Below, one piece after another: positions 9,736 through 19,388 of a DNA stretch of 64,000 nt. Where the stretch lies: NCBI GenBank assembly GCA_002011495.1, contig MTNR01000036.1:15239-79238 (forward strand), written 5' to 3'. The notes beneath the pieces were generated by a model. It saw nothing but the letters and a program-made list of their open reading frames with translations. It did not search any database and was not told the DNA's origin. Position 1 is the stretch's first letter. Each line of letters begins with the position of its first letter. A program made the position numbers and the translations under genes. This stretch comes from Dehalococcoides sp. JdFR-56 (lineage in GTDB: Bacteria; Chloroflexota; Dehalococcoidia; Dehalococcoidales; RBG-16-60-22).

Positions 9736-10902
9736 TCATTCACCTTGGCGGCGATGCTGTCCCAGGAGCCTTTCATACACCCTCTCCATCTGGCCCAGGA
9801 CTGCTTCCCAAGTGAATTTCTCCATCACTGCTTTATATCCTTCTTCAGCGATGTGGTCACTGAAATTCTTATCGTTAAGCACCTTTTTAATAGCGCCAGC
9901 TAATTCTCCCACATTTTCCGGGGGCACAAGGAGTCCGTTTTTGCCATCTACAATGATATCAGTGATGCCGCCAACACTTGTTCCTATAGTGGGAATCTTG
10001 CAGGCCATGGCCTCAATAAAGGAAATGCCGAAGCCTTCATTGATTGAGGGGCGGCAGAAGGCATCGGCAATGTTCAGGTATTCGGGCAGCTTGTCATGCG
10101 CTAGATACCCCAATAAGAAGGCCCTGTTTTTAAGCCGTAGTCTATTGATTAGAGATTGCAGTGACTGTCTTTGCTCACCGTCACCGATGATGATAAGTTT
10201 TAGTTCTGGTATCTTGGCGACAGCTTTAATCAGATAATCCAGACCATTCTTGGGCGTTAACCGAGACGAGCTTACTATGATCTTCTCATTGGGTTTATAT
10301 CCCAGCTTTCTTCTCAGCCTGAGTTTATCCTGGGGGCGGAAGAGTTGAGTATCAACCCCGTTAGGCACCACGACCACTTCTCTGGCGCCGAGCTTTCTGG
10401 CTGCGCCGGCAATATGTGTGCTCACTGCATGTATTATATCTGCCTTTCTCAGTGACCAGAAAATAAAAGGCAATTCCAGAGTCCTGATTACCACATTGGA
10501 CTCTTTATAATCGCCGATGTCCCCCCCTTGGAGGGTGACCAGCAGCTTCTTTTCCCGTTTGGCCATCGCCCCGCAAACCATGGCTGGGAAGATGTGGCTG
10601 TGGATAACTTCGTAATGGTGAACCTTATCCAGTTCTATTGTCTTGGCTACCATGCGGAGCATGCAGGAGATGACATCAGCGTATCTCAGGTTCAATGTCT
10701 TTACCCGATGCACGTTTACACCATTGATGACCTCAAATTCCTTGTCCCAGTTTTCGGTATAGATGTCAGGTTTACTCCACAGCCCAGTGACGACATCGAC
10801 CTGATTACCCTTACTAGCCAGATGTTCCGCCAGTCTTTGCATGAATATCTCAGCACCGCCGATCCAGGGGAAGTAAGCTCCCTGCTGCATTAATATCTTC
10901 AT
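9736..10902 (-). CDS. Glycosyltransferase family 4
   Basis: NEGFGISFIEAMACKIPTIGTSVGG motif. N-terminal GGAEIF loop. Confidence 0.8.
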   Translation of the reverse strand: MKILMQQGAYFPWIGGAEIFMQRLAEHLASKGNQVDVVTGLWSKPDIYTENWDKEFEVINGVNVHRVKTLNLRYADVISCMLRMVAKTIELDKVHHYEVIHSHIFPAMVCGAMAKREKKLLVTLQGGDIGDYKESNVVIRTLELPFIFWSLRKADIIHAVSTHIAGAARKLGAREVVVVPNGVDTQLFRPQDKLRLRRKLGYKPNEKIIVSSSRLTPKNGLDYLIKAVAKIPELKLIIIGDGEQRQSLQSLINRLRLKNRAFLLGYLAHDKLPEYLNIADAFCRPSINEGFGISFIEAMACKIPTIGTSVGGITDIIVDGKNGLLVPPENVGELAGAIKKVLNDKNFSDHIAEEGYKAVMEKFTWEAVLGQMERVYERLLGQHRRQGE

Positions 10903-10939
10903 CTTATATCACTCTTTCTTTGCTAGTGTTTCTATTTCA

Positions 10940-12106
10940 TTATATTAACCCTTGAATGGTTTGTTCTATAGCGTCAAATAAATAATCCACATCGCTTTCC
11001 TGGTAGGCTGCCTTTATCGGCAGGTTGATTACTGATTTTGCCAGAAGCTGGGCATTGGGATACTCACCCGTCAGGTGCTCTTTAGATATACCTAGGGCAA
11101 CTGGGGCATCATGCCACAAGCGGTCGCAGAAAATACCCTTGCGTCTCAGGGCAAGGAGCAGTGCATCCCGAATATGGACGATTTCCGGCCGTAGCCTCAC
11201 GCTGAAGTTGAACCAGGCGGGCTCTTCGGCTGCTCCAACTTGCTGGGGAATAAAATACGGGCTTTCCCCGGCTCTTTTTTGGTAGTGTTTGGCGATGATT
11301 TGCTTACAAGCTACCGATTCCTTGAGGGTGGGGAGAAGAAGGGCAAAGAGCGCCAGAGCTAGCCGACATGGCTGGCGTGGTGCCGGCCACTTTTGGTCTG
11401 GCTCTTCTTCCGGAAGCTCTCTCCTCTGGCGCAGGGCTTTGAGCAGAAAATCGTGTGGCCCTGAGGTTAGCCAGAACAACCGAATAAGGCCGCCTAGGCT
11501 TATATCGCTTCTTGGCGGCTCTCTTATCTCCAAGTCTGACACCAGGATAGCGCCAGAGAGATTAGGAGTTTGTTTGTACATGCTGACCAAGACAGTATCT
11601 CCAAACGCGCCCAGGTATTGTCCTTTGGCTTTGGCAAACAGTGCTTGGGCAATGTCTTCAATCAGGTAGATGGGGGAGTCCTTTATTTTCGTCTGTATTG
11701 CCTCCATCTCGGCGGGAACACCAAAAGTGTGATTTACAAATAAGGCCGCGGCGTGCTCAAGGTCTTGGTTTGATATGAGACCGGCATCAAGGTTGAAATC
11801 ATTAAGGCTTACGTCGATAAATCTGGGTTTAGCGCCGGCCTTGACCGCTGCCAGGATGATTGAGGGGCAGATGAAGGCGGGGAAAATGATCTCCTTCCCG
11901 GCAAACTTTTCTTTAAACAGGGTGTAGAGGGCGCCTCGGCCATAGCTAAAATAAACTAACCTCTTTCCCTCCTTGGCTATTCCGCTCTTGGCCAGATGCT
12001 GCTGGATCAGCGTGGTGTCCTGGTGTCTCGCATATCTGACCATGGCGCTCCAGAGCGTCCCAAAGGTTATCCTATCAGTGACATCGTAACTTGTATGCCT
12101 GGACAT
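10940..12106 (-). CDS. DegT/DnrJ/EryC1/StrS-like PLP-dependent sugar aminotransferase (divergent)
   Basis: IEDIAQA...GAFGD..LVSMYKQ resembles the DegT pattern ED.AQA..G..GD..fSF..K containing the PLP lysine. The C-terminal half is atypical. Confidence 0.55.
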   Translation of the reverse strand: MSRHTSYDVTDRITFGTLWSAMVRYARHQDTTLIQQHLAKSGIAKEGKRLVYFSYGRGALYTLFKEKFAGKEIIFPAFICPSIILAAVKAGAKPRFIDVSLNDFNLDAGLISNQDLEHAAALFVNHTFGVPAEMEAIQTKIKDSPIYLIEDIAQALFAKAKGQYLGAFGDTVLVSMYKQTPNLSGAILVSDLEIREPPRSDISLGGLIRLFWLTSGPHDFLLKALRQRRELPEEEPDQKWPAPRQPCRLALALFALLLPTLKESVACKQIIAKHYQKRAGESPYFIPQQVGAAEEPAWFNFSVRLRPEIVHIRDALLLALRRKGIFCDRLWHDAPVALGISKEHLTGEYPNAQLLAKSVINLPIKAAYQESDVDYLFDAIEQTIQGLI

Positions 12107-12107
12107 C

Positions 12108-13079
12108 TTATTCTACACTCACCAACTGGGCAAGCTCCTTCATGGAGACGTAACGCAGCTGATATTTCTCTTCCAGCAACGAGAACTTTCTTTTCAGTAG
12201 CTCATAGTTACTGCTTGAGCAGTAGCCAAGTCTTTTCCTCCCGGGCCATTCCTTGAATTCCCAGGGATGGGTCAGAAAGACAAGATGTGGCCTGACTCCA
12301 ATTCCCATCTGGAAGGCCAGAACTTCCTTGACGTAACTGAGGAGATGGTTGTCATCAGAGGTGGCAAGTTGGAACATATTGAACACCTCGTAGGAGGTGA
12401 ACGGGAGGAGATATCTCATCTGAAAGCGGGGGATGGGACTAGCCGTTAGGGGAATGCTCAAGAGCCTGCTCGTTGCGCCCAGAGGTTTGGTTGGCATTGG
12501 TGGCACTCCATAGTATGAGGGCGCTGACGAATCAACGCTAAAGCTATGCTCTTCCAGAAGCCGTAGCGTATCCATATCAGCCACTAGGTCAGGGGCTCTA
12601 AAGGAGGTGGGTGCGGTCAAATTGTTATTCAGGAAGCACTTTAGGCTTCGCTTGATGAGTTCACGCCTGGTGTGTAAGGGAACGGGGTGATGAGGCAGGA
12701 ACCACTTGGCTCTCCCCCATAGCTCGTGCGCGTAACCGTGCAGGCCAAGTTCATGCTTATCTTGCAGCCCATAGAGATAATGGGAGAACTTCTCCGCCAG
12801 GTCGCCCTGGATGAACAGGGTAAAAACAGCTCCCAATTCTTTAGCCAAAGCCGGCAACTCTTGCAGGAAGGGCGGAGCAGCGCTGGCCGTAGCATCCCTT
12901 GCCGATGAGCCGAAGTCATATTCAATGTCAAAGGTGATGGCTACCAGAACCTCGGTGTCATGGGGGATGTCCGCTCTGGCCAGCTTTTTCCGGCGCCTTT
13001 GCTTGAGCTTGGCGCAGACCAGATACTGGGGCATGCGCGGGTCAAGAAAAAAATCGACTAGACCAGATGGGGAAATCAT
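12108..13079 (-). CDS. Polysaccharide deacetylase (CE4/NodB-like)
   Basis: ITFDIEYD and LGLHGYAHE metal-binding-type motifs. Confidence 0.65.
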   Translation of the reverse strand: MISPSGLVDFFLDPRMPQYLVCAKLKQRRRKKLARADIPHDTEVLVAITFDIEYDFGSSARDATASAAPPFLQELPALAKELGAVFTLFIQGDLAEKFSHYLYGLQDKHELGLHGYAHELWGRAKWFLPHHPVPLHTRRELIKRSLKCFLNNNLTAPTSFRAPDLVADMDTLRLLEEHSFSVDSSAPSYYGVPPMPTKPLGATSRLLSIPLTASPIPRFQMRYLLPFTSYEVFNMFQLATSDDNHLLSYVKEVLAFQMGIGVRPHLVFLTHPWEFKEWPGRKRLGYCSSSNYELLKRKFSLLEEKYQLRYVSMKELAQLVSVE

Positions 13080-14146
13080 ATGCCAAAGCCCACCTTCTGT
13101 ACTTTACCTCTCAGCGCCGGCGGAAGCCGCCTCTGGATGAATCTGCCTAGCTTTAAGGCCACCTCTCTGGCTAAGAAACGCTTGCGGTCGAAGGGGAGAC
13201 AAACGACGTAGTCCTGATTGAAGGTGGCTCCGAATTTGCTTTTCTGTGAGTAGTTCGTGGAATCGGGGTCAGCCGGGGTCCCCCCGAAGCTCACTATTTT
13301 GAGGCCATTTTCCTCACACCACTTGATTAAGCCCCAGCAGAGATAAAAGTAAGTCCGATATTGCGTGCCTACGTCTCTATCCAGCCCGATGAAGATCTGG
13401 TAGGCCGTTTTCCTGGCGGGATAAATGAAGAACCCCTCGGCGCCGATGCATCTTCCACCCCCCACCGTCAGTATGATGTTGAAATATTCGGGATAAAGCT
13501 CATCCCATAGCTTGCGGAAGAAAGAGTAAGGATGGGGAGCACCCCCGATGTAAGTCATATTACGATAATACAGATTATAGAAGGTTTCCAGGTCATTTAT
13601 ATCGCGGGCGGCTACGTTCTGGAAGCCATCCTTCTCGAAGCGCCGGATGTAGGTTCTCTGGCCACTTTTCTGGGTAAATACCTCGTTCCAGATGAAATCA
13701 GAGGGGGTTTGCTCCAAGTTAAGGTTCATAGAGCCGCTCGAAGTATCGATGGTCATGCCCTTCGCCTGGAAATGACTGGCTAAGGTTTCACTGGGGCACC
13801 TTATTTTGGCGTAGGTTATGCGTTTCTTGCGGCATAGCTCTGGGAGGTAAGCATTGAGGGCGGTGAGGGCTTCAGCAGCTTTCTCTTCGAGAACTAGCGG
13901 GCCGCCGAAGTCAGACTCGGGCAGCGAATCAAGGATTCTGAATAGCTTTAATTTGCTGGTCAGGGCAAAGGGGCAAACCCCAACGAGCTTTCCCTTATCA
14001 TCCCGGATAACCAGATACTCGGTCTCAAAGGAAAGAGCTTCCTCCAGGATCTTCTTCCACTTGAGGGTGTGGTAGAAGGTTCCCCGGGCAGAACCAGCGA
14101 CGAACTCTTCCCATTCCTTTTCATCGCGTAATCTTTCCACTAGCAT
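13076..14146 (-). CDS. FemAB-like / GNAT (Acetyltransf_6-type) acyl- or aminoacyl-transferase
   Basis: N-terminal W..F....GTFYHTLKWK, central FYNLYYRNM, and C-terminal IVSFGGT...KSKFGA. This is the pattern I recall for FemAB-related GNAT proteins. Confidence 0.55.
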   Translation of the reverse strand: MLVERLRDEKEWEEFVAGSARGTFYHTLKWKKILEEALSFETEYLVIRDDKGKLVGVCPFALTSKLKLFRILDSLPESDFGGPLVLEEKAAEALTALNAYLPELCRKKRITYAKIRCPSETLASHFQAKGMTIDTSSGSMNLNLEQTPSDFIWNEVFTQKSGQRTYIRRFEKDGFQNVAARDINDLETFYNLYYRNMTYIGGAPHPYSFFRKLWDELYPEYFNIILTVGGGRCIGAEGFFIYPARKTAYQIFIGLDRDVGTQYRTYFYLCWGLIKWCEENGLKIVSFGGTPADPDSTNYSQKSKFGATFNQDYVVCLPFDRKRFLAREVALKLGRFIQRRLPPALRGKVQKVGFGI

Positions 14147-14162
14147 CAGCTTGGTCCCATGA

Positions 14163-15056
14163 CTAGTACTCTCTGCTGGCAGCGTGCCTACGTAGCCAAT
14201 CTTTAATTTGGGCAGGGCTAAGCCTAGTTCCCTGCTCGGAGCTAGTGTATTTCATCTCAGAGATCACCTTCTCTCCTGGCAGGAAGAGCTTTTCGTGTTG
14301 CTTTTCTCCCTGGAACCGGCCAACTACCTTGGTCCTTGATTTCTCATCTCCGTATAGTTCGATGAAGGCTTTGGCCAGGTCTCCCAACCTGATTACTTCT
14401 TGAGAAGGGATATAGATATGGCCACTTTTTCCCTTCTCTAGCACAGTGATGATGAATTCAGCCAGCGTCTCCACATCGATGAAAAACCGGGTCATATCCG
14501 GGTCGGAGACGATTATCTCATTGTTCCGTCTTATCTGCCGCCACCAATTTTCCAGGACGCTGCCGCTGGAGCCAAAGATATTCCCTGACCTGACCACCAT
14601 AAAACGCTTTCCTTTATTCTTCTCTGCCTCGGCGAGGGTCAGCTTCTCCACGATGAGCTTGGTGGCACCATAACAGCTGGAGGGTTCTACCGCTTTATCC
14701 GTTGACATGCTGATGAAGGTGTTTCCTTGAAATAGCCGCAGTAGCTCTGCCGTGGCTTGGACATTGGTGGTGATGGCCTCCGCAGGACACATCTCACAGA
14801 GGTTGATGTACTTCATCGCCGCCAGATGCACCACCGTGTCCACCTCTCTCATGGCAAAACTCAAGACTTCCTCGTTTCTGATATCTCCAACCAAGGGTTT
14901 GAGTCTATTGGTGGCACACAGCGTCATCAGCTTGACGATGCCCTCACCGTTTCTGGCGATGGTGATAACCTCCAGGTTTTGGTATTTATCCAGTAGTTTC
15001 TTTACCAGCCGCCTGCCCAGAAAGCCACTGCCACCAGTAACCAAAACTCTGTTCAT
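14163..15056 (-). CDS. NAD-dependent sugar 4,6-dehydratase/epimerase of the CapD/PseB (Polysacc_synt_2) type
   Basis: VLVTGGSGFLG Rossmann loop, HLAAMKYINLCEMCPAEAITTNV, STDKAVEPSSCYGATK, VRSGNIFGSSGSV. Confidence 0.75.
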   Translation of the reverse strand: MNRVLVTGGSGFLGRRLVKKLLDKYQNLEVITIARNGEGIVKLMTLCATNRLKPLVGDIRNEEVLSFAMREVDTVVHLAAMKYINLCEMCPAEAITTNVQATAELLRLFQGNTFISMSTDKAVEPSSCYGATKLIVEKLTLAEAEKNKGKRFMVVRSGNIFGSSGSVLENWWRQIRRNNEIIVSDPDMTRFFIDVETLAEFIITVLEKGKSGHIYIPSQEVIRLGDLAKAFIELYGDEKSRTKVVGRFQGEKQHEKLFLPGEKVISEMKYTSSEQGTRLSPAQIKDWLRRHAASREY

Positions 15057-15091
15057 TCCTCTCCCTCCTCGCCAACTCTAATAGGGTAGCA

Positions 15092-16207
15092 TTAGTCTAT
15101 CTTGCTTAGCTCTTTGAACAATCGCTCATATTCTTCAGCAATCCTGTCAAGCGAGTACTCCTCAGCTATCTTGTCCTCTTGCTTAGCTTCAATGCCGGCT
15201 TCGAGAATCTCGCTGATTTCATCAAGGTGGTCAATCAAATGCAGGTTAGCTGATTTTATCTCAGGAATCCCTCCCACCTTGGTGGCGATGACCGGTTTCC
15301 CCAGGGCCAGTGCTTCTAAAACAACGACGGGGAATTGCTCTGATTTTGAGGGCAGAACCAATACATCGCAGGAGGCCATCAGAGACAAGGTTTCATGGTG
15401 AGGTTTTGGTCCAAGCAAGGCTATCTTTTCCTTTAGGCCATGCCTGGTGGCCGCTCTCTCAATTTTCTCCTTTTCAGGCCCGTCTCCGACAATCACCAAT
15501 CTAAAATTCCCCCTGAATCTGCTCAAGGCGCTAACCAGGCCAGTGACATTCTTTGCTGGCAGGAGTGAACCCACGAACAGCAGGAAAACTTCTTCCCTTA
15601 AACCTAAGGATTCCCTTATCCTCTCCGCGTCCGTGTGCAGCTTTATCTCTTTCATTTCATCAATGTCGATGGGATTGTACATCACTATACTTTTTGCCCT
15701 CAGGTAGGGCGCCGCCCTCATTTTAGAGCTTAAAGATGGAAATTGGAGCAGGTCGTGTCTTCCCAAGCGCAGAATGATGATCTCCATTAGACAGTTGAGG
15801 GCGGCCAGGACAGGGTTAGTAAGTTTGAACCATCCCCGGCCAACAAAGGAGTGGACGCCGGTAACCACCGGGATACCATGCTTGGAGGCTAGGCATGTGG
15901 TTGGTAAAGTCGGCACATAGGCGAGGTTGTAAATGATATCTATTTTTCTGGTGCCCAAGAATTTCCTCAGGTGGTAGTATAGTCTCACCAGAAATATGCC
16001 CCTTTTTAGCGACGACCGTCCACTGGGGAAAGGTCGGTGGATCTCAATGCCATTTATCACCTCGTGCCTAGCAGCGCCATTTACCATACTGGTGACCACA
16101 CAAACTTGGTGTCCCTTCTTGGAGAGGGCATTGCTTAGCTGCCATAAGACCAGTTCCCCTCCTGCCAGCCTGGGGTAAAAGAACTCTGAGACCATAAGAA
16201 TGTTCAT
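15092..16207 (-). CDS. Glycosyltransferase family 4
   Basis: SEQFPVVVLEALALGKPVIATKVGG motif. The C-terminus carries a short duplicated IAEEY segment. Confidence 0.8.
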   Translation of the reverse strand: MNILMVSEFFYPRLAGGELVLWQLSNALSKKGHQVCVVTSMVNGAARHEVINGIEIHRPFPSGRSSLKRGIFLVRLYYHLRKFLGTRKIDIIYNLAYVPTLPTTCLASKHGIPVVTGVHSFVGRGWFKLTNPVLAALNCLMEIIILRLGRHDLLQFPSLSSKMRAAPYLRAKSIVMYNPIDIDEMKEIKLHTDAERIRESLGLREEVFLLFVGSLLPAKNVTGLVSALSRFRGNFRLVIVGDGPEKEKIERAATRHGLKEKIALLGPKPHHETLSLMASCDVLVLPSKSEQFPVVVLEALALGKPVIATKVGGIPEIKSANLHLIDHLDEISEILEAGIEAKQEDKIAEEYSLDRIAEEYERLFKELSKID

Positions 16208-16208
16208 C

Positions 16209-17333
16209 CTAGTTAGCTAGCTCTTGGTAAACTTTCAGGTATCTGCTGGCACATTCTTCCCAGCTAAATATCTTCTTCTGGCTGTTTTCCGTTTCGCCTT
16301 TGTAGACTTTCTCAATCCCTTCTGCTATCGCCTTTGGGTTTCCTGGCTCAACCAAAACGTATTTCCCTGATACCACCTCAGGCAGAGAAGCGACGTTTGA
16401 GGCGACCACCGGTTTTTCCATGGCACATGCTTCAGCAGCCGAAAAGCCAAAGCCTTCCGAAAGCGAGGGAATAACCACACAGTCTGATGCAGCGATATAG
16501 TCCGGGAGCTCGCTCCTGGGGAGTGGATCAAGCAGCATGACTTTGCCTTCAATGTTCAAATCCTTGATCAGCTTTTTGATGCTTTCATATCTATCTCGTG
16601 GCTCATTGGTCAGAATGAGGACAAGTTTAGAATCAGGGATTCTCTGGGAGATCAGGGGTACCGCTGAAACCAGGTATTCCACTCCCTTAGATAGTCCAGG
16701 CCTGCCATAATACAAATAGACGAAGGTGCCTTTGGCTAATTTGAACCTCTTGCGGGCGGTATCGTCTCCTTGTCGAGGGGTGAATAGATCGGTATCAATC
16801 CCATTATAGATAACCTCTGCCCTCTGATTTTTCCCGGTAAGCGCCTCCAGAGAACGACGAGTATACTCAGAAACACAGATAACCCTATCGAAGGGGAGAC
16901 AAACGATTGCTTTTTCCAGAAAACGGTGCAATGTTGCCCAAAGCCAGTTCATACCGAGCAAGTTCGACCACATTTTTCCCCACACCTCGTGAACGGTAAT
17001 CACACATTTCTTCCTTAGGAGCTTTGAGGCCAACCAGGCCGGAAAGGCGGCGTTAAAGGTGGTGGTTTGGATTAGATCGACTTGTCTTGCCCTGGCGATA
17101 ACTGCCGGGATAGAGAGGAAGGTGAACCAGTATCTTGTCCCTTTCTTAGGGACGTTTACCCTGTGGATTCTGACTCCGTTGATTTCCTCGTATCTCCTAG
17201 TGTTCGGGAGCCCAGAGGTAATGACGTGGCACTCATGTCCGGCTTTGGCCAGCAGTTCGGCCAAATTCTTGAACACAACCTCAACGCCCCCGACGTGTGG
17301 TGGGTAATATTCGCTGACAAACAGAAGTCTCAT
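16209..17333 (-). CDS. Glycosyltransferase family 4
   Basis: SEGFGFSAAEACAMEKPVVASNV motif. Start placed at MRLLFVSEYYPP (ATG 17333). The ORF track extends to 17414. Confidence 0.75.
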   Translation of the reverse strand: MRLLFVSEYYPPHVGGVEVVFKNLAELLAKAGHECHVITSGLPNTRRYEEINGVRIHRVNVPKKGTRYWFTFLSIPAVIARARQVDLIQTTTFNAAFPAWLASKLLRKKCVITVHEVWGKMWSNLLGMNWLWATLHRFLEKAIVCLPFDRVICVSEYTRRSLEALTGKNQRAEVIYNGIDTDLFTPRQGDDTARKRFKLAKGTFVYLYYGRPGLSKGVEYLVSAVPLISQRIPDSKLVLILTNEPRDRYESIKKLIKDLNIEGKVMLLDPLPRSELPDYIAASDCVVIPSLSEGFGFSAAEACAMEKPVVASNVASLPEVVSGKYVLVEPGNPKAIAEGIEKVYKGETENSQKKIFSWEECASRYLKVYQELAN

Positions 17334-17423
17334 TCTTTCTGTAAAAACCTCCGCCCCGGCACCTGAACAGCAGGTTATCCGAAGTCCCGGTAAGCGCGAG
17401 AGGGAGAGGGGCATTTATCACAC

Positions 17424-18305
17424 TCACTTCTCTCTCTTTATCAGTACGTGGAGGATTATGCCAGTGAATATGCTGAATATGCCGATGGTGAGAAAGAGCA
17501 CCGATATCAGGGCAGTGCCCACCGGGAGTGTGCCGCTAGCGGAAGTGATTTGGATTACTCTAACGCCAGCGATAAGGCCACCGGTGGCCACAATGCTCCC
17601 CCCAACCCCGAAGAAGAAGAGGGGGCGTCTTTCCGAAATCATGGCCATTATCCGGGCGAAAACTCCTAGGCCGTGGGCCACTGGGTTCAAGGTTGAACCA
17701 TCCTTGGTATAGGTAACGGAGATCGGAATCTCGGTTACTTTAAGGCCTTTCCTGGCTGCCTCGGCGATGGTCTCGGCGGAGATGGCCATGCCGTTTTCCT
17801 TCAAGGATAAGGCGTGTATCGCTTTCTGAGAGAAGCACCTGAACCCAGATTCGGTGTCGGAGAGCTTTTTCTGGGAGAGGACGCGGGTTGAGTGCAGCAG
17901 GACTTTCTGACCGAGACGGCGGTAGAAGGGGATGTTGTTCTTCTGCAGCTCCCTCGAGCCAATAACGATGTCAAAGCCATGAGCGATGGGCTTGGTGAGC
18001 TCAGGTATCTCGCTGGGGTTGTGCTGGCCATCAGCATCAAGCAAGACGAGGATATCCGGCGCTATCTTCCTTGCCTCGGCAAATATGGTCTGAATGGCCG
18101 CCCCGTAACCTCGGTTTCTGTCATGGCGAACCACCTTTGCCCCAGCGAGCTTGGCGACCTCTGAGGTATTATCAGTGCTACCGTCATCCACCACAATAAC
18201 TTCATCCACATATTGCTTTGTCTTCAGCACCATGGTGCCGATGTAGCTCTCCTCATTATACGCCGGCATAGCGGCAATAACTCTGGGATGGGATGGTTTA
18301 CTCAT
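17424..18305 (-). CDS. GT2 polyprenol-phosphate glycosyltransferase (Dpm1/GtrB-like) with a C-terminal TM anchor
   Basis: PAYNEE, VVDDGSTDNT, LDADGQH, and two C-terminal hydrophobic helices. ATG 18305 is preceded by AAGGAAGTGGAA. An alternative ATG lies at 18326. Confidence 0.75.
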   Translation of the reverse strand: MSKPSHPRVIAAMPAYNEESYIGTMVLKTKQYVDEVIVVDDGSTDNTSEVAKLAGAKVVRHDRNRGYGAAIQTIFAEARKIAPDILVLLDADGQHNPSEIPELTKPIAHGFDIVIGSRELQKNNIPFYRRLGQKVLLHSTRVLSQKKLSDTESGFRCFSQKAIHALSLKENGMAISAETIAEAARKGLKVTEIPISVTYTKDGSTLNPVAHGLGVFARIMAMISERRPLFFFGVGGSIVATGGLIAGVRVIQITSASGTLPVGTALISVLFLTIGIFSIFTGIILHVLIKREK

Positions 18306-18366
18306 TTCCACTTCCTTGGAGGCCATAATGGCGCTGGTTTTCCACCAGCTTGATTTATTTTAAACC

Positions 18367-18396
18367 ATTATAGTCCCCAGAAGCTGTTTTAAGCAA
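18367..18396 (-). promoter_or_regulatory. Candidate sigma70-type promoter for the minus-strand glycan gene array
   Basis: On the minus strand, TTGCTT (18396-18391), an 18-nt spacer, then a perfect TATAAT (18372-18367), about 40-60 nt upstream of the GT2 start. Confidence 0.4.
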
Positions 18397-18440
18397 GGCT
18401 TTACCTGGAGCGCTAGGTATGACTATAGCACCTGATGTGC

Positions 18441-18468
18441 CCTTTTGTCAATAGCTGGTGACAAAAGG
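18441..18468. promoter_or_regulatory. Perfect 10-bp inverted repeat (operator-like) in a divergent intergenic region
   Basis: CCTTTTGTCA (18441-18450), an 8-nt spacer, TGACAAAAGG (18459-18468). It lies between the divergently transcribed GT2 and DUF1616 genes. Confidence 0.4.
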
Positions 18469-18509
18469 CAAATTGATGGTCTTCCGGTATCGCCCTTGTC
18501 CCTGGCTAT

Positions 18510-19388
18510 ATGCTATACTCTATGGAGCAAGCGGGGTATCCGAACGCCATGAGGATGAGAGTTCAAAGTGACCTTATTTGGCTCAATATCGTAACTCTTT
18601 TGCTCATCGCCATTATCACCCTCTTTCCCTCCAGTGTCCTGCGGGTGATTCTCGGCTTGCCCTTTATACTCATTTTCCCTGGATATGTGCTGACCGCGGC
18701 TCTCTTTCCCCGAAGGAGTGCTCTGGATGGTCTGGAGAGGCTGGCATTGAGCTTTGGTCTGAGCATCACCGTGGTGTCACTCATTGGGCTAGCCCTCAAC
18801 TATACTCCCTGGGGCATCAGGCTATATCCCGTTCTTATTTCCTTGACTGTGTTCATTGCCATCTTGTCCTTAGCTGCCTGGTATCGGCGGCGCCGGCTGG
18901 CTACAGCGGAGAGGTTTGCCCTCTCCTTCCGTTTGAGCCTGGCCCCCTGGCGGGGGCAGAGCCTTATTGATAGAGTGCTATTCATTATTCTCATTATGGT
19001 GATACTGGGAGCCCTGGGGACGCTGGGCTATACTATCGCCACCCCTCAAGTGGGGGAGAAGTTCACCGAGTTCTATATCTTGGGACTGGATGGCAAGGCG
19101 ATAGACTATCCCAAGGAGATGAAGGTGGGGGAGCAGGGGAGGGTAGTGGTGGGCATCATCAACCGGGAGCAGGAACAAGCAAGTTACCGGGTAAAGATAA
19201 TGGTGGGTGGCCGGGATGATGGTGAGGTGGGGCCGCTTATGCTTGGGCCTGAGGAGAGGTGGGAGGAGGTAATTAGCTTCACCCTGCAAAAGGCTGGGAG
19301 CGCTCAGAAGGTGGAATTTCTACTGTACCGAGGCGAGGAAAGCCAGCCCTACCGTGAATTACACCTCTGGGTTGATGTGGTGGATTAA
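18510..19388 (+). CDS. DUF1616-like membrane protein (family mostly archaeal)
   Basis: Four or five N-terminal TM helices, then TEFYILGLDGKAIDYPKEMKVGEQGRVVVGIINREQEQASYRVKI, which matches my recollection of the DUF1616 C-terminal domain. The true start may be ATG 18522 or 18552. Confidence 0.55.
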   Translation: MLYSMEQAGYPNAMRMRVQSDLIWLNIVTLLLIAIITLFPSSVLRVILGLPFILIFPGYVLTAALFPRRSALDGLERLALSFGLSITVVSLIGLALNYTPWGIRLYPVLISLTVFIAILSLAAWYRRRRLATAERFALSFRLSLAPWRGQSLIDRVLFIILIMVILGALGTLGYTIATPQVGEKFTEFYILGLDGKAIDYPKEMKVGEQGRVVVGIINREQEQASYRVKIMVGGRDDGEVGPLMLGPEERWEEVISFTLQKAGSAQKVEFLLYRGEESQPYRELHLWVDVVD

